Below, in pieces: positions 18,501 through 28,646 of a stretch of DNA of 64,000 nucleotides. How positions within the stretch are numbered: the stretch's first letter is position 1; the number at the start of each line of letters is the position of its first letter. Below the pieces are notes generated by a model. That model did not search any database. It had not been told where the DNA came from and was given only the letters and a program-made list of their open reading frames with translations. This stretch comes from a plasmid, in sequence record NZ_CP025192.1. One strand, given 5' to 3'. The translations under genes and the position numbers were made by a program.

Positions 18501-18668
18501 ATGCCGCGCAGCATCGCCGCCCTGGACGCGGCGCTGTCGCTGATGCGCGGAGGATCGGCGACTGCGGCCGAGGAGCATCTGCGGCGGCTGCGCGTCGAGA
18601 CGGAGGTGGCGCGCCGGGAGATCGAGGGGGTGGCGAAGCCGTCGACCCCCTCGGCGGGGATGGGATGA
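15546..18668 (+). CDS. MobF-family conjugative relaxase-helicase (TrwC/TraI-like).
   Basis: N-terminal TrwC-type relaxase domain with paired Tyr (LLRAYF ... LTAYYTRRD) and the 3-His motif DGDPHAHIHNALFN. C-terminal RecD-like helicase with Walker A GVAGAGKTT. Confidence 0.9.
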   Translation: MMTFRKLAAASSGKLLRAYFTESAPEPAFDPAVTPGKHLDPGGRLTAYYTRRDSRASWRPDMPMAIAEALGIDVSRMPKDEALDRLFEARRADTGEAWSGQKREISALDLTLAPHKSVSLAAEFAATPAERAAIWHAIDRANDATMRYVAAELGWARKGQGGALGADPGAVGWVSFRHHTARPTVSVRDGKEGATYLATVATMDGDPHAHIHNALFNAVVTEDGRVGSLDTKALTGTRLHEFGAYFQARLADHLRELGARVSYDRQQQAVVLDAIPQAASDLFSKGRRQVERSAKAYATSQGLDWDTLSAEGKFKILAVTGLATRLEKNGPKGDREIWLAQAEAIGWKHTTVMDEVAHPKLSDAERFDAAYRFAARHLATEFRTAAVIDHDKLRLYAARGLIGTGIAGGTGDIDRVVALIERRGITLRGEQVALVVGLSGDKVRVTNTAQLRLEEALQAEAHRAARDRSGALPARAITAAIDAVIGAGQLDLTREPAHAAAQRAAIYALGQGGALSMLTGVAGAGKTTLLRPLVAAWQADTRFAAGGREVIGTATAWRQASALGEAGIGQTLAMDPLLKAIEAGRIVPTRNTVLVIDEVSQVAPRALLTLLQVQARTGMTLKVLGDREQAQSIEAGDAVELMRRALPRAEQTEILDTVRQRSLEDRQIAGLFREGQAGEALARKRARGDGSARLLGGDQDQVVEQIADHYLARRDALLAAGSKLEVTVSAPTNEDVADISRAVRARMRARGEIGADEVVYRAIDQRGETYDLPIATGDRVRLFRRTMGRIDGKVANFGSNGDTVTVLGRTEAGLLLRDKTGRVGEVEWRRLTDGATGRLLLGFGHALTVDAAQGITSGEHINALPRGTAGVTAFKGYVAESRAKGTTWTMISEAATFEAVKRGRALGDATPITSEDLWAKAAEGLAQKPYKPLGSDLLSDIREGREKATLSFIRFQHLVETAEHQGRDLGREIREHRQAVALQAAMPRSIAALDAALSLMRGGSATAAEEHLRRLRVETEVARREIEGVAKPSTPSAGMG

Positions 18669-18720
18669 GGATCGGGGAGCCCGGCGTCATCTCGTCCTGA
18701 ACATCAGGCCCTGGTCGGCC

Positions 18721-21700
18721 TCAAGCCGCGGGAGGCGCCGCTGCCTTCCCGCGCAACGCCTCCCACAAGGCCCCCGGGCCGAGCAGGGCCGAGAGGATGC
18801 CGGCCCGGACGGTTTCCGAACCCAGCGCCTGGGTGCTCATGCTCTGATGCGCGGCCATCGCGTCGATGATGGCCGTCATCAACTCGTCCTGGAGGCTGGG
18901 CGAATTGGAGAACTGTTCCTTGGTGTTGGCCGTCGCCTGGGCTTTGAGGGTCTCCGATTCCAGCAGCTTTCCCTTGATGACGGTATCGACGTAGGCCACC
19001 GCATCGCCCTCGGTGACGTCGCCTTCGAACAGGTCGTTGATGGCCTGGATGATGGCGGCCAGACGCAGTTTCTGCTTGTCCTGGACCGCCCCCGAGCCGG
19101 TCTCGGTCATGGGCTGAAGTGGGTCCGGCGTCTTGTCGCCACCCAGGTTCAGTTTCTGTTGCCCGAGATCGCGCATGCGATGGTGGGTCAGCTTCAGGGC
19201 CGAGAGGTCGATCCCCTCCCGCTCGCGCCCGTAATCCAGCAATGGCAGCAGCAGCTTGGCGAAGAGGTAGAGCTTCTCGTAGTCCGTGTTGCCGTAGTCG
19301 AACATCTGCCCGAGAAACTCGTAGGCGCGGACATAGGTGCCGAGGTCGCGCTTGAAGAGCAGCAACGCCTCGACCTCGTCCTTGCCGGCCTTCTGCGCCC
19401 TGCTGCCCGCCGGCTCGGCCTTGGCGCTTCCCTGTGCCTGCCGGAACCGCACCAGCAACCGGTTGCTGACCGGTCCGATGGCGGCGTCTAGGTCTGCCTG
19501 CGTGGCCTGCGGACGGAGGACCGCCCGGACCACGCGCTCGACCTCATGCCAGTCGTAGCAGCCCTGGCCGTCCAGCTTGTTCCGTAGGTCCAGCACGATG
19601 TTCGGGTCGCTGGTGCCGCCCAGTTCCGCCGTGGTGTGATACTGCCGGAATGCGGCCAGGATCTCCTCCGGCTCGTTGACGAAGTCGACCACGTAGGTGG
19701 TGTCCTTGCCGGGATAGGCGCGGTTGAGCCGTGATAGGGTCTGCACGGCCTGGATGCCGCCCAGCTTGCGGTCCACGTACATGGCGCAGAGCAGCGGCTG
19801 GTCGAAGCCGGTCTGGAACTTGTTGGCCACCAGCAGCACGCTAAATTGCGGCGTGGCGAAGGCCTCGCGGATGTCGCGGCCGAGCAGGGCGGGGTTCATG
19901 TTGGTTTCGGTGAAGGGCTCCGGCCCGCTGTCCGGATCGTTCACCTCGCCCGAGAAGGCGACCAGCAAGCCGATGCCATAGTTCTGCTGCCGGACGTAGC
20001 TCTCCATGGCCCGCATCCAGCGCACCGCCTCCTTTCGGCTGGCCGTGACCACCATGGCCTTGGCCTGCCCGCCCAGGAGGTGGGCCACGTTCTGCCGGAA
20101 GTGCTCCACCACGATCCGGACGCGGGCGGCGATGTTGACGGGGTGCAGCCGCACCCACCCCATGATGCCCTTGCGCGCCTCGCCGGCATCGACCTCGGCC
20201 TCGGAGACCTCCCTGCCCCCATGGGTCAGCCGGAAGGCCAGCTTGTAGCTGGTGTAGTTCCGCAGCACGTCGAGGATGAAACCCTCCTCGATCGCCTGGC
20301 GCATGGCGTAGGTGTGGAAGGCGACCGGCAGGTTGCCGGGCCCGGCGGGCTGTTCGGGGTGCGGGCGCCGGCCGAACAGCTCCAGCGTCTTGGCCTTCGG
20401 CGTCGCCGTGAAGGCCACGTAGGTGATGTGCCGGTCCTGCAGGACGCGGGTCGCCATCTCGGCCGCGAGCAGGTCCTCCATGTCGACCTCGCCACCGTCG
20501 GCCAGGGCCGCCTGCTCCTCGGGCGACAGGGCGGCCTTGAGCTTCCCGGCCGTGGCGCCGGTCTGGGACGAGTGGGCCTCGTCGGCGATCACCGCGAAGC
20601 GCTTGCCGCTGGTGGCGGCGAGCCGCCTGATCTCGGCGATGGCAAAGGGGAAGGTCTGGATGGTGCAGACCACGATCTTCTTGCCGCCGTTGAGCGCCGC
20701 GGCCAGCTCCTGGCTCTTGCTGGCCCCCTCGCCGGTGATCGTCGCGACCACGCCCAACGTGCGCTCGAAGCCCTCGATGGCCTCGCGCAACTGCTTGTCG
20801 AGCACCGTGCGGTCCGAGACGACGAGGACCGTGTCGAACAGCTTGCGGTGCCCGGCGTCGTGCAGGTCGGCCAGGAAGTGGGCCGTCCAGGCGATGGAGT
20901 TGGTCTTGCCCGAGCCGGCCGAGTGCTGGATCAGGTATTTCTGCCCCGGCCCGTCCGCCAGCACCTGCGACACCAGCCGGCGGGTGGCGTCGAGCTGATG
21001 GAAGCGGGGGAAGATCCAGCCCTTGAGGCGCTTCTTGTCGTCCTTCACCGGCACCAGGTAGCGGCCGAGGATCTCCAGCCAGCTGTCGCGCTGCCACACC
21101 TCCTCCCACAGGTATGCGGTGGGGGCACCGTGCGGATTGGGCGGGTTGCCGGCCCCCATGTCCTGTCCCCGGTCGAAGGGCAGGAAGGTGCTGTCCAGAC
21201 CGGCGAGGTGGGTACACATGGCGACCCGACTGTTGCTGACGGCGAAGTGGACCAGGGCGCCGCCGGGGAAGCTCAGCAGCGGCTCCGGCAGGTTCCGGCC
21301 CGGCACCCTGGGCGGCCGGTCGTAGCGGTACTGGTCGATCGCGTCCCCGACGGACTGGGTGTAGTCCGACTTCAGCTCGGCGGTGGCCACCGGGATACCG
21401 TTGAGGAACAGTACGAGGTCCAGGCAGTCCTCCCCCTGCAGGGAGTAGCGGACCTGCCGCACCACCCGCAGCCGGTTGGCGGCGTAACGGCTCTGAAGCG
21501 CCTCGTTCATGCCGAGCGCCGGGCGGAACTGGCACAGGGACAGGCGCTGCTTGAGGCCCACCACATCCAGCCCGTCCCGCAACAGTGCCAGAATTCCCTG
21601 CTTGTCGAGCGCGGTGCGCAGGCGGTCGGCCAGGGTGGTGGAAGCGGCGGGGCCGTGGGTCTTGCTCAGGCTCTCCCAGGCCTCGGGCTGGGTGGCTTGT

Positions 21701-21840
21701 ACCCAGGCGATCAGATCCTCGGGGAAGAGGGCATGGGCACGGTCGTAGTGCGTGGCGGCACCCGGCTCGTAGAACCAGCCATGGGCTGCCAGGTAGGCGC
21801 AGATGCCCTCCTCGAAGGCGATCTCTTTGTGAAGGCTCAC
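18721..21840 (-). CDS. hsdR: Type I restriction enzyme R subunit.
   Basis: 1039 aa. N-terminal HsdR_N region, SF2 helicase Walker A HSAGSGKTNS, and a DEAH-like box ADEAH in FAVIADEAHSSQ. Confidence 0.95.
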   Translation of the reverse strand: MSLHKEIAFEEGICAYLAAHGWFYEPGAATHYDRAHALFPEDLIAWVQATQPEAWESLSKTHGPAASTTLADRLRTALDKQGILALLRDGLDVVGLKQRLSLCQFRPALGMNEALQSRYAANRLRVVRQVRYSLQGEDCLDLVLFLNGIPVATAELKSDYTQSVGDAIDQYRYDRPPRVPGRNLPEPLLSFPGGALVHFAVSNSRVAMCTHLAGLDSTFLPFDRGQDMGAGNPPNPHGAPTAYLWEEVWQRDSWLEILGRYLVPVKDDKKRLKGWIFPRFHQLDATRRLVSQVLADGPGQKYLIQHSAGSGKTNSIAWTAHFLADLHDAGHRKLFDTVLVVSDRTVLDKQLREAIEGFERTLGVVATITGEGASKSQELAAALNGGKKIVVCTIQTFPFAIAEIRRLAATSGKRFAVIADEAHSSQTGATAGKLKAALSPEEQAALADGGEVDMEDLLAAEMATRVLQDRHITYVAFTATPKAKTLELFGRRPHPEQPAGPGNLPVAFHTYAMRQAIEEGFILDVLRNYTSYKLAFRLTHGGREVSEAEVDAGEARKGIMGWVRLHPVNIAARVRIVVEHFRQNVAHLLGGQAKAMVVTASRKEAVRWMRAMESYVRQQNYGIGLLVAFSGEVNDPDSGPEPFTETNMNPALLGRDIREAFATPQFSVLLVANKFQTGFDQPLLCAMYVDRKLGGIQAVQTLSRLNRAYPGKDTTYVVDFVNEPEEILAAFRQYHTTAELGGTSDPNIVLDLRNKLDGQGCYDWHEVERVVRAVLRPQATQADLDAAIGPVSNRLLVRFRQAQGSAKAEPAGSRAQKAGKDEVEALLLFKRDLGTYVRAYEFLGQMFDYGNTDYEKLYLFAKLLLPLLDYGREREGIDLSALKLTHHRMRDLGQQKLNLGGDKTPDPLQPMTETGSGAVQDKQKLRLAAIIQAINDLFEGDVTEGDAVAYVDTVIKGKLLESETLKAQATANTKEQFSNSPSLQDELMTAIIDAMAAHQSMSTQALGSETVRAGILSALLGPGALWEALRGKAAAPPAA

Positions 21841-23189
21841 GCGGCCTCCGCCGGATGCTCGGCGGCTAGGTCGCGAACGTCTATCTTACCGGTAACGGCG
21901 GCGGAGATCAGAGCGGCGCGACGCTCGCGGAAAAGGGTGACGGCGCGTTCAGCTTCGGCGGTAAGGGCATCGACGATGGAGCTTGCTTCGGTCAGGAAGG
22001 CAATGATCGCCGTCTGCTCGCCAACAGGAGGCATTGGGATAGTGATTTCCTTCACCGTCTCGATGGAAACCTCGTTGAATGTCGAGCCCTGCCGCATCAA
22101 TGCCCAGTACTCAGTGGCGCTCTTGCTGCGCAGAAAGGCAACGAGAAACTCGGAAGTAACTGTTCCATTGCTTACGATGCGGGCGACGCCACGAGATAGA
22201 TTTACGCCGTGGAGCTCCTTATGGACAACATGGCAAGAACCGATCGATGCTCGGATTCCAAGAATGACCTCGCCGCCTTCCAGGCAGGTGCGTGGATAAG
22301 CCGCTGCAATTTCTGCGGTCGTTTTCTGTAACGAATCAAGATCGAACGAAGCGCTTGTCATGTTGGTCGTCTGTATGAATGGAACGCCTTCGTCCTGCGC
22401 GTCACCGGGCTGAACAATGCCATAGGAAATGCTGGTTCCGGGCAGGATCAGATGCTTGAGTCGCTTCACCTCCCAATGCGCCGGCACCTCCCCCAGCCAC
22501 TCCACGCCGGAGTCCTTCATCGGCACGTTGGGGTCGAGGCCCTTGGTGACGGCCTGGGAGATGACGGCCTGCCGCTTCTCCTTCAGCAGCGCGATTAGCC
22601 GCTCCTGCTCAGCCACCAGCGCGTCAATCTTGCCGGTCTCGCGGTCGAGGAAGGCGGCGATCGCGGATTGCTCGGCGGGCGGGGGCAACACGAACAAAAG
22701 ATTGCCCAGTTCCTCCGCATTCAGGTGCGGTTGCGCCGCTCGGAGCCGCAACAGGTTGATCTGTGCCTCAAGCATATACTTCGACAACAGCGCCGCCGCC
22801 GCGAAGGCGGGGGCTATTCCGGGCTTCATGCGAACGGCCATGTCAAAGCCAGCGATTGCACCAACCCAGTCTGCGGTCACGATCGCAGAGTCGCCCGTAT
22901 AGGCGCCGCTCCGGACCACCACGATATCCCCAAGCGCCAGTCGCGTGACTCGAGATTCCGGCAACGCCGCTTCGTCCACGTAGACCAGTCCCTCGGTGCT
23001 CAGTTCACCACGCTTCACATTGGTTGCGCGGAGGAAGCGGGTTCCGTCGAGGTGATATTCTGGTGGCTGTCCGAGACCGTAGGAAATTGTCGCAGCGCGC
23101 TTGAACGAGATGACAGCCCAGTGGCGCGGAATGTTGCCCATGGCAGAAATTCCACTCTCCCGATATTCCGGATACGCGGGAAACGTCAT
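21837..23189 (-). CDS. hsdS: Type I restriction-modification S (specificity) subunit.
   Basis: 450 aa with two target-recognition-domain halves separated by conserved helical repeats. Positioned between hsdM/rhuM and hsdR with 4-nt overlaps. Confidence 0.9.
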   Translation of the reverse strand: MTFPAYPEYRESGISAMGNIPRHWAVISFKRAATISYGLGQPPEYHLDGTRFLRATNVKRGELSTEGLVYVDEAALPESRVTRLALGDIVVVRSGAYTGDSAIVTADWVGAIAGFDMAVRMKPGIAPAFAAAALLSKYMLEAQINLLRLRAAQPHLNAEELGNLLFVLPPPAEQSAIAAFLDRETGKIDALVAEQERLIALLKEKRQAVISQAVTKGLDPNVPMKDSGVEWLGEVPAHWEVKRLKHLILPGTSISYGIVQPGDAQDEGVPFIQTTNMTSASFDLDSLQKTTAEIAAAYPRTCLEGGEVILGIRASIGSCHVVHKELHGVNLSRGVARIVSNGTVTSEFLVAFLRSKSATEYWALMRQGSTFNEVSIETVKEITIPMPPVGEQTAIIAFLTEASSIVDALTAEAERAVTLFRERRAALISAAVTGKIDVRDLAAEHPAEAA

Positions 23190-24244
23190 ACTTCGCCTTC
23201 TCCGCCAGCCTTCGGCTTGTGCCGCTTCAACAGGGCCTTCGCCGCACCTTCCAATTGCCGCAACGTTTCCATCTCGCCTTCCGCTTCCAGCGCAGCACGG
23301 CGGCGGGCAGCAAACGCCTCGTATTCCACGGCGGCCTTGCGGTCCGCTTCCTCCCGCGTCACCCGCCCGGCATGGGGCAGCACGGCGCGATCGTTGAAGC
23401 GCAGAAAGTCATCCAGCCGGGTCCTCCAGTCGGCCAGGAAAACCTGCTTACGGCGCCGCGCCTGGTCCTCCGCGAAGTCGAGGAACATCACCACGATGCG
23501 GTTCAACTCGGTGATTTCCGGCGCGGTCAGGTAGTTTTTCGCCACCGTCACATCGGCCTTGCGCACCCGCTCGCCAGCCCGCGCCGTCAGGCCCATGTTC
23601 GGCTTGGTGGCATCGGCGCGGCTGGCGATCAGTTCCGGCGCCGTCTGGCCGGTGGCGGCGAAGTGCAGCTTGTTCTGTACCACCTGGAACACCGCCTGGG
23701 TCTCCGCCGCCCCCGGCGCATAGTCGGCGGCCAGTGCGATGATCTCGCGCACCCGCAGATAGACCCGCCGTTCACTGGCGCGGATGTCGCGGATGCGTTC
23801 CAGCAGTTCATCGAAGTAATCCGGCATATCCGGCCCGGGCGGGTTCCGCAGCCGCTCATCATCCAGCACGAAGCCCTTGCGGAGGTATTCCTCCAGCCGT
23901 GCCGTCGCCCATTGGCGGAACTCGGTGCCGCGCGCGCTGCGCACCCGGAAGCCGACGGCAAGGATGGCCGGCAGGCTGTAATGCTGGATGGCGCGGGAAA
24001 CCTGCCGCTTCCCCTCGGTTCGAACTATCAAGTAGGACTTGATAGTTGCCTCCGGCGTCAGTTCGGCCTCCGCGTAGATGTTCCGCAGATGCAGGTCGAT
24101 GTTCTGCACGGTGGTCTGGAACAGCTCCGCCATTTGCGCCTGGGTCAGCCACAGCATGTCCTCGGCGAAGCGACATTCCAGTCGGGTACGGCCGTCCTCG
24201 GTCTGGTAGAGCAGCAGGGAGGAAGGCGGGGGTGCCTTGCTCAT
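23186..24244 (-). CDS. rhuM: RhuM-family protein inserted in the type I R-M operon.
   Basis: [34 protein letters not shown] is the RhuM-family signature. Overlaps hsdM and hsdS by 4 nt each. Confidence 0.8.
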   Translation of the reverse strand: MSKAPPPSSLLLYQTEDGRTRLECRFAEDMLWLTQAQMAELFQTTVQNIDLHLRNIYAEAELTPEATIKSYLIVRTEGKRQVSRAIQHYSLPAILAVGFRVRSARGTEFRQWATARLEEYLRKGFVLDDERLRNPPGPDMPDYFDELLERIRDIRASERRVYLRVREIIALAADYAPGAAETQAVFQVVQNKLHFAATGQTAPELIASRADATKPNMGLTARAGERVRKADVTVAKNYLTAPEITELNRIVVMFLDFAEDQARRRKQVFLADWRTRLDDFLRFNDRAVLPHAGRVTREEADRKAAVEYEAFAARRRAALEAEGEMETLRQLEGAAKALLKRHKPKAGGEGEV

Positions 24245-26079
24245 CCCGCCAGCCCTTCGATCATCGCCCGGATACGGTCCGTCACCTGCTTCAGATCAGC
24301 ATCGATTTCCTCCAGCGGGCGCGGCGGCTCGAACACATAGAAGTGCCGGTTGAAGGGGATCTCGTAGCCCACCTTCGTCTTCTCCTCGTCGATCCAGGCA
24401 TCCGGCGCGTGCGGCTTCACCTCGCGATCGAAGTAGGCTTGGATATCCTCGGTCAGCGGTACGTTCTCCGTGTCCCGCAGCGCGCTGTCCGGCTGCGGCT
24501 TGCCCTTTCCCTTGCCCTTCTGGCCCAGCACCACCGCGCCCTTCTCATCGCGCAGCGGCCGCTCCACCGTGATGGTGCGGTAGCCGAAGGCCTCGTTGCG
24601 GAACAGGCGCGACATCGGCGCCAGCTTCACCGCGCCGCCCTCCGGGGCCGGGGGCGGCGCCTCACCCGCGCGCACCACCACGCGGCTCACCCGCCCCTCG
24701 GCATCCGTCACGCTGGCCACCTGCGCCTCCGCCGCCTCGCCGAACAGGCGGGTGACCTCGTCGGTCAGATCGTCGCCCATCTGCTTGCGCTTGGAGCCAA
24801 GGCTCTTGCGCATCTTGCTCCACATCGCCGAGGCGTCGATCAGCTGCACCAGCCCGCGCCGCGCCGCCGGCTTGCGGTTGGACAGGATCCAGACATAGGT
24901 CGCGATGCCGGTATTGAAGAACATGTCGGTGGGCAGGGCGATGATCGCCTCCACCAGATCGTTCTCCAGCACATGGCGGCGGATCTCGCTCTCGCCCGAT
25001 CCGGCGCCGCCGGTGAAGAGCGGCGAGCCGTTGAGCACGATGCCGATCCGACTGCCGCCCTCGGCCGCCGGCCGCATCTTGCTCAGCAGGTGCAGCAGGA
25101 ACAGCAGCGAGCCGTCCGAGATGCGTGGCAGCCCCGGCCCGAAGCGGCCGGCATGGCCCTTCTGCTCGGCCTCCTTGCGGACCTCCTTCTCCACCTTCTT
25201 CCACTCCACTCCGAAGGGCGGGTTGGAGAGCATGTAGTCGAATTTGCGGGCCGCGTGCCCATCCTCGGAGAGGGTGTTGCCGGGGACGATGTTGCGCACG
25301 TCCTGGCCCTTGATGAGCATGTCCGCCTTGCAGATGGCGTAGCTCTCGTCGTTCAGCTCCTGGCCGAACATGGTCAGCGAGGCCTGGGGGTTGTGCTCCA
25401 GCAGGTGCTCGGCCGCGACCGAGAGCATGCCGCCGGTGCCGGCCGTGGGGTCGTAGATGGTGCGGACGGCGCTGGTGTTGGGGGTGAGGATGTCGCTGTC
25501 CTCGATGAACAGCAGGTTCACCATCAGGCGGATGACGTCGCGCGGCGTGAAATGCTCGCCGGCCGTCTCGTTCGACACCTCGGCGAACTTGCGGATCAGC
25601 TCCTCGAAGGCCAGCCCCATGTCGTGGTTGCTGACCTGATCCGGGTGCAGGGGGAAGCCGGCGAAGCGCTCGGTGACCTGGTAGAGCAACCCGGCCTTGG
25701 CCAGCCGGTCGACCTGCTCGGCGAAGCGGAACCGCTCGAAGATGTCGCGCACGGCGGTGGAGAAGCCGCGGATGTAGGCCGCCAGGTTGGTGGCCAGGTT
25801 GTCCGGGTCGCCCATCAGCGTCTTCAGGTCGAGGGGCGAGGTGTTGACGAAGCTCGTCCTCGCCACGCGCAGCAGGAAGGGCTCCGGGTCGATCCCCAGC
25901 GGCTCCCGCGCCTTCTTCTCGGCCAGGACGGCGATTTTCGTGGGGGCTAGCACGCAGTCGAGGCGGCGCAGGACGGTGAAGGGCAGGATCACCCGACCGT
26001 ACTCGGAGGGCTTGTAGTCGCCACGCAACAGGTCAGCGACCGACCAGATCAGGGCAGAAAGGGAGACGGACTGGCTCAA
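24241..26079 (-). CDS. hsdM: Type I restriction-modification DNA methyltransferase M subunit.
   Basis: 612 aa. HsdM_N region ([36 protein letters not shown]), AdoMet motif and NPPF catalytic motif. Long C-terminal extension. Confidence 0.95.
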   Translation of the reverse strand: MSQSVSLSALIWSVADLLRGDYKPSEYGRVILPFTVLRRLDCVLAPTKIAVLAEKKAREPLGIDPEPFLLRVARTSFVNTSPLDLKTLMGDPDNLATNLAAYIRGFSTAVRDIFERFRFAEQVDRLAKAGLLYQVTERFAGFPLHPDQVSNHDMGLAFEELIRKFAEVSNETAGEHFTPRDVIRLMVNLLFIEDSDILTPNTSAVRTIYDPTAGTGGMLSVAAEHLLEHNPQASLTMFGQELNDESYAICKADMLIKGQDVRNIVPGNTLSEDGHAARKFDYMLSNPPFGVEWKKVEKEVRKEAEQKGHAGRFGPGLPRISDGSLLFLLHLLSKMRPAAEGGSRIGIVLNGSPLFTGGAGSGESEIRRHVLENDLVEAIIALPTDMFFNTGIATYVWILSNRKPAARRGLVQLIDASAMWSKMRKSLGSKRKQMGDDLTDEVTRLFGEAAEAQVASVTDAEGRVSRVVVRAGEAPPPAPEGGAVKLAPMSRLFRNEAFGYRTITVERPLRDEKGAVVLGQKGKGKGKPQPDSALRDTENVPLTEDIQAYFDREVKPHAPDAWIDEEKTKVGYEIPFNRHFYVFEPPRPLEEIDADLKQVTDRIRAMIEGLAG

Positions 26080-26385
26080 GAGCGGGATCCTGGCGGCTAA
26101 GCGAATGATTCGAAGGTGTTATTCACTATAGCCGCATTTGTTCCGCCCTGAACACGGCCCCCGGGGTGCATGGGACCTGGAGCGGCCGATGTCGCTGGCC
26201 CGCCGCGGGGTCGAGAGGCAGGCCGGAATAGCGGTGACCCACGCCGCGCTCCCATCGTCGCCGGTTGCCACCCCAAGGTGCGGCAGTCCGCGAGGAGGCG
26301 CGACCTGACAGCGGAACCGCCATCGTCGCAGACGCCCGGCCTGCCGCCGCAGGGCATTCGCATCGACACGCGGTCTTCTTCGAGC

Positions 26386-26868
26386 ATGTGCTCATTCCTT
26401 GCCGTTCTGCTCGCGCTCATTGCTCAGCCCGCCGTTGGGCAGGAGGGAGGCAGCGGCCGGCGCTGCGGGGTGCTGGGCGACAGCCTGGCTGTCGGCGCCG
26501 CCCGCCACGCCCCCGGCTGCGAGATGCGCGCCAGGATCGGCATCGGCAGCGCCGAGTTCGCCCGGACCTATGCCGCCACGCCCGTCCGGGCCGACGCGGT
26601 ACTGATCTCACTTGGCGCCAACGACGGAGGTCGCTCCGATACGCTGGACAATCTGGCGGCGGTCCACGCCGCCGTGGTCGCCCGCTCCGTCACCTGGATC
26701 CTGCCGGCCCGTGGCGATGGGGCGCGGCGGGCGATCCTGGCGATCGCGCACGCACTCGGCGACCGCCTCATCGAGACGCGCGCCGTCACCGGCGGCGACG
26801 GCCTCCACCTGACGGCGCAGGCCTATTGGGCCGTGGCGCAGATCCCCGTCGGCGCGGCCGCGCGCTGA
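26386..26868 (+). CDS. Secreted SGNH/GDSL-family hydrolase.
   Basis: Internal start gives signal peptide MCSFLAVLLALIAQPAVG, then GDSL block I (GVLGDSLAVG) and the C-terminal catalytic DGLHLT (DxxH). Confidence 0.5.
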   Translation: MCSFLAVLLALIAQPAVGQEGGSGRRCGVLGDSLAVGAARHAPGCEMRARIGIGSAEFARTYAATPVRADAVLISLGANDGGRSDTLDNLAAVHAAVVARSVTWILPARGDGARRAILAIAHALGDRLIETRAVTGGDGLHLTAQAYWAVAQIPVGAAAR

Positions 26869-27099
26869 GGCAGGGCGCTCAGTTCCGGCCAGGGACCGAC
26901 CCCGTTCCAGGCCTGCCGCAGCGCGCCCCTGACCACGGCCGCCACCCCCGGGGCCCGGTAGGGTAGCCAGTCAGGCCGTTGCAGCTTGTTGTGTCCGATG
27001 CGATAGAACGCCCGGGTGTTCGCTCCAGATACTGAGTGGGCAGGGTTTCAGCGTTGGTCGGGCCGCCAGCGGCGCAGACCAATGCCTGGAGGCCCACTC

Positions 27100-28326
27100 A
27101 TGGCTCAGCACTACCACGCCCAACCAAGTGCCTTGCGCCGTTTTCTCGATGGCCAGTCTTCCGCGGGACTGGTGCTGATGGCCGCCGCTGCCCTGGCGCT
27201 GCTGATCGCCAATTCGCCGCTGGGGCCGGGCTACGAGGCCCTGCTGCACGCCTATGTCGGGCCACTGTCCCTAGGCCACTGGATCAACGACGGCTTGATG
27301 GCCGTGTTCTTCCTGCTCGTCGGCCTCGAGATCAAGCGAGAGGTGCTGGATGGCCAACTCTCCACATGGTCACGCCGCGCCTTGCCAGGCATTGCCGCCG
27401 CCGGAGGCATGGCGGTGCCTGCGCTGGTGTACCTGGCCTTCAACTCCGGGCCTACGGCTCAGGGCTGGGCTATCCCGGCTGCCACCGACATCGCCTTCGC
27501 CCTCGGCGTCATCTCCTTACTCGGCAAGCGGGTTCCGGCCTCGCTGCGGATCTTCCTGACGGCCTTGGCCATCATCGACGACCTCGGCGCAGTGGTCATC
27601 ATCGCGCTGTTCTACACGGCGGGCATCTCGCTGCCCGACTTGGCAGGTGCCGCCGCCGTAGTGGTCGTGCTGGTCGCGATGAACCGGCTCGGCGTGCGCC
27701 GCCTCACGCCATACCTCCTCCTGGGGCTGCTGCTCTGGGTGCTCGTGCTGCGCTCCGGCATCCACGCCACGCTCGCGGGCGTGGTTCTCGCCTTCACCAT
27801 CCCTTTGCAGGGCACTCCAGGACGCCCGGATGCCGAGCGTGGCAGCCCGCTTCATCGGCTGGAGCACGCCCTGCACCTACCCGTCGGCTTCATAATTGTC
27901 CCCATCTTCGGACTGGCCAATGCAGGCGTCTCCTTCCTCGGCTTACCCGCGGAGGCTCTGGCGGCGCCGGTCACAATTGGCGTCGGGCTTGGATTGCTGG
28001 TTGGCAAGGTAGTGGGTGTTCTGGGCTTCACCCTGTTGGCCATCCGCCTCGGGCTCGCCGACATGCCAGCTTACGCTGGACGGCTACAGATGGTGGGGAC
28101 GGCGCTGCTCTGCGGCATTGGCTTCACCATGAGCCTGTTCATCACCCTTCTCGCCTTCCCCGGTGACCCGCTCCTCCAGGCGGAGGCCAAAGTCGGCATT
28201 CTCGCGGGCTCCTTCCTGTCTGGCTTGCTTGGCTATGCACTGCTCCGCGTAGCGCCACAGGACTGGCCAGGAACACCATCACGGCGGGTCCAAAGAGCAC
28301 CTACCGAGAGGGGTACGGTCGCCTGA
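27100..28326 (+). CDS. nhaA: Na+/H+ antiporter NhaA.
   Basis: GGAGG SD before ATG at 27100. NhaA hallmarks include [22 protein letters not shown] and twelve TM segments. Confidence 0.9.
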   Translation: MAQHYHAQPSALRRFLDGQSSAGLVLMAAAALALLIANSPLGPGYEALLHAYVGPLSLGHWINDGLMAVFFLLVGLEIKREVLDGQLSTWSRRALPGIAAAGGMAVPALVYLAFNSGPTAQGWAIPAATDIAFALGVISLLGKRVPASLRIFLTALAIIDDLGAVVIIALFYTAGISLPDLAGAAAVVVVLVAMNRLGVRRLTPYLLLGLLLWVLVLRSGIHATLAGVVLAFTIPLQGTPGRPDAERGSPLHRLEHALHLPVGFIIVPIFGLANAGVSFLGLPAEALAAPVTIGVGLGLLVGKVVGVLGFTLLAIRLGLADMPAYAGRLQMVGTALLCGIGFTMSLFITLLAFPGDPLLQAEAKVGILAGSFLSGLLGYALLRVAPQDWPGTPSRRVQRAPTERGTVA

Positions 28327-28646
28327 AAATCAGCGTCCGCTGACTTCGCCTTGAACATCGCGGGTGATGCTGATCGAAACGTCGCCTCTGCTTGGTCCCG
28401 AGAGCTTCGCTTCCAGAGGGATCGCCGAGAAAGGACAGCACGGTGAACACATCGCTACGGGTAGTTGGGGCGACGGCAGTGGTGGCCCTCGCCCGACGAG
28501 TCCGCCAAAATACAGCGCGACCCTCGGTGGCGCCGGGAGCGTCAGCAAATGTTCGCTGACGAGACGAACAGCGCGCTCGCCCGCACCGCAGCGCAGAGAG
28601 AGGCGCGGCAGGTTACGTCAAGGCCGGAAGCCCGTTTGGACGCTGC

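Noticed and set aside
15101-18700. The 1199-aa plus-strand ORF (frame 2) and the 1091-aa minus-strand ORF (15303-18578) that overlap the relaxase.
   Set aside because: Extreme Arg/Pro/Gly/Ala content and no motifs. The third frame (15546-18668) carries clear MobF relaxase and helicase motifs, so these are GC-driven shadow ORFs.
19841-22299. The long ORFs 19841-21535 (minus, 564 aa) and 19846-22299 (plus, 817 aa) across hsdR/hsdS.
   Set aside because: Low-complexity Arg/Gly/Pro products. They overlap the well-supported hsdR and hsdS frames.
24046-25950. 634-aa plus-strand ORF antisense to hsdM.
   Set aside because: Antisense shadow ORF with low-complexity composition. hsdM on the minus strand is unambiguous.
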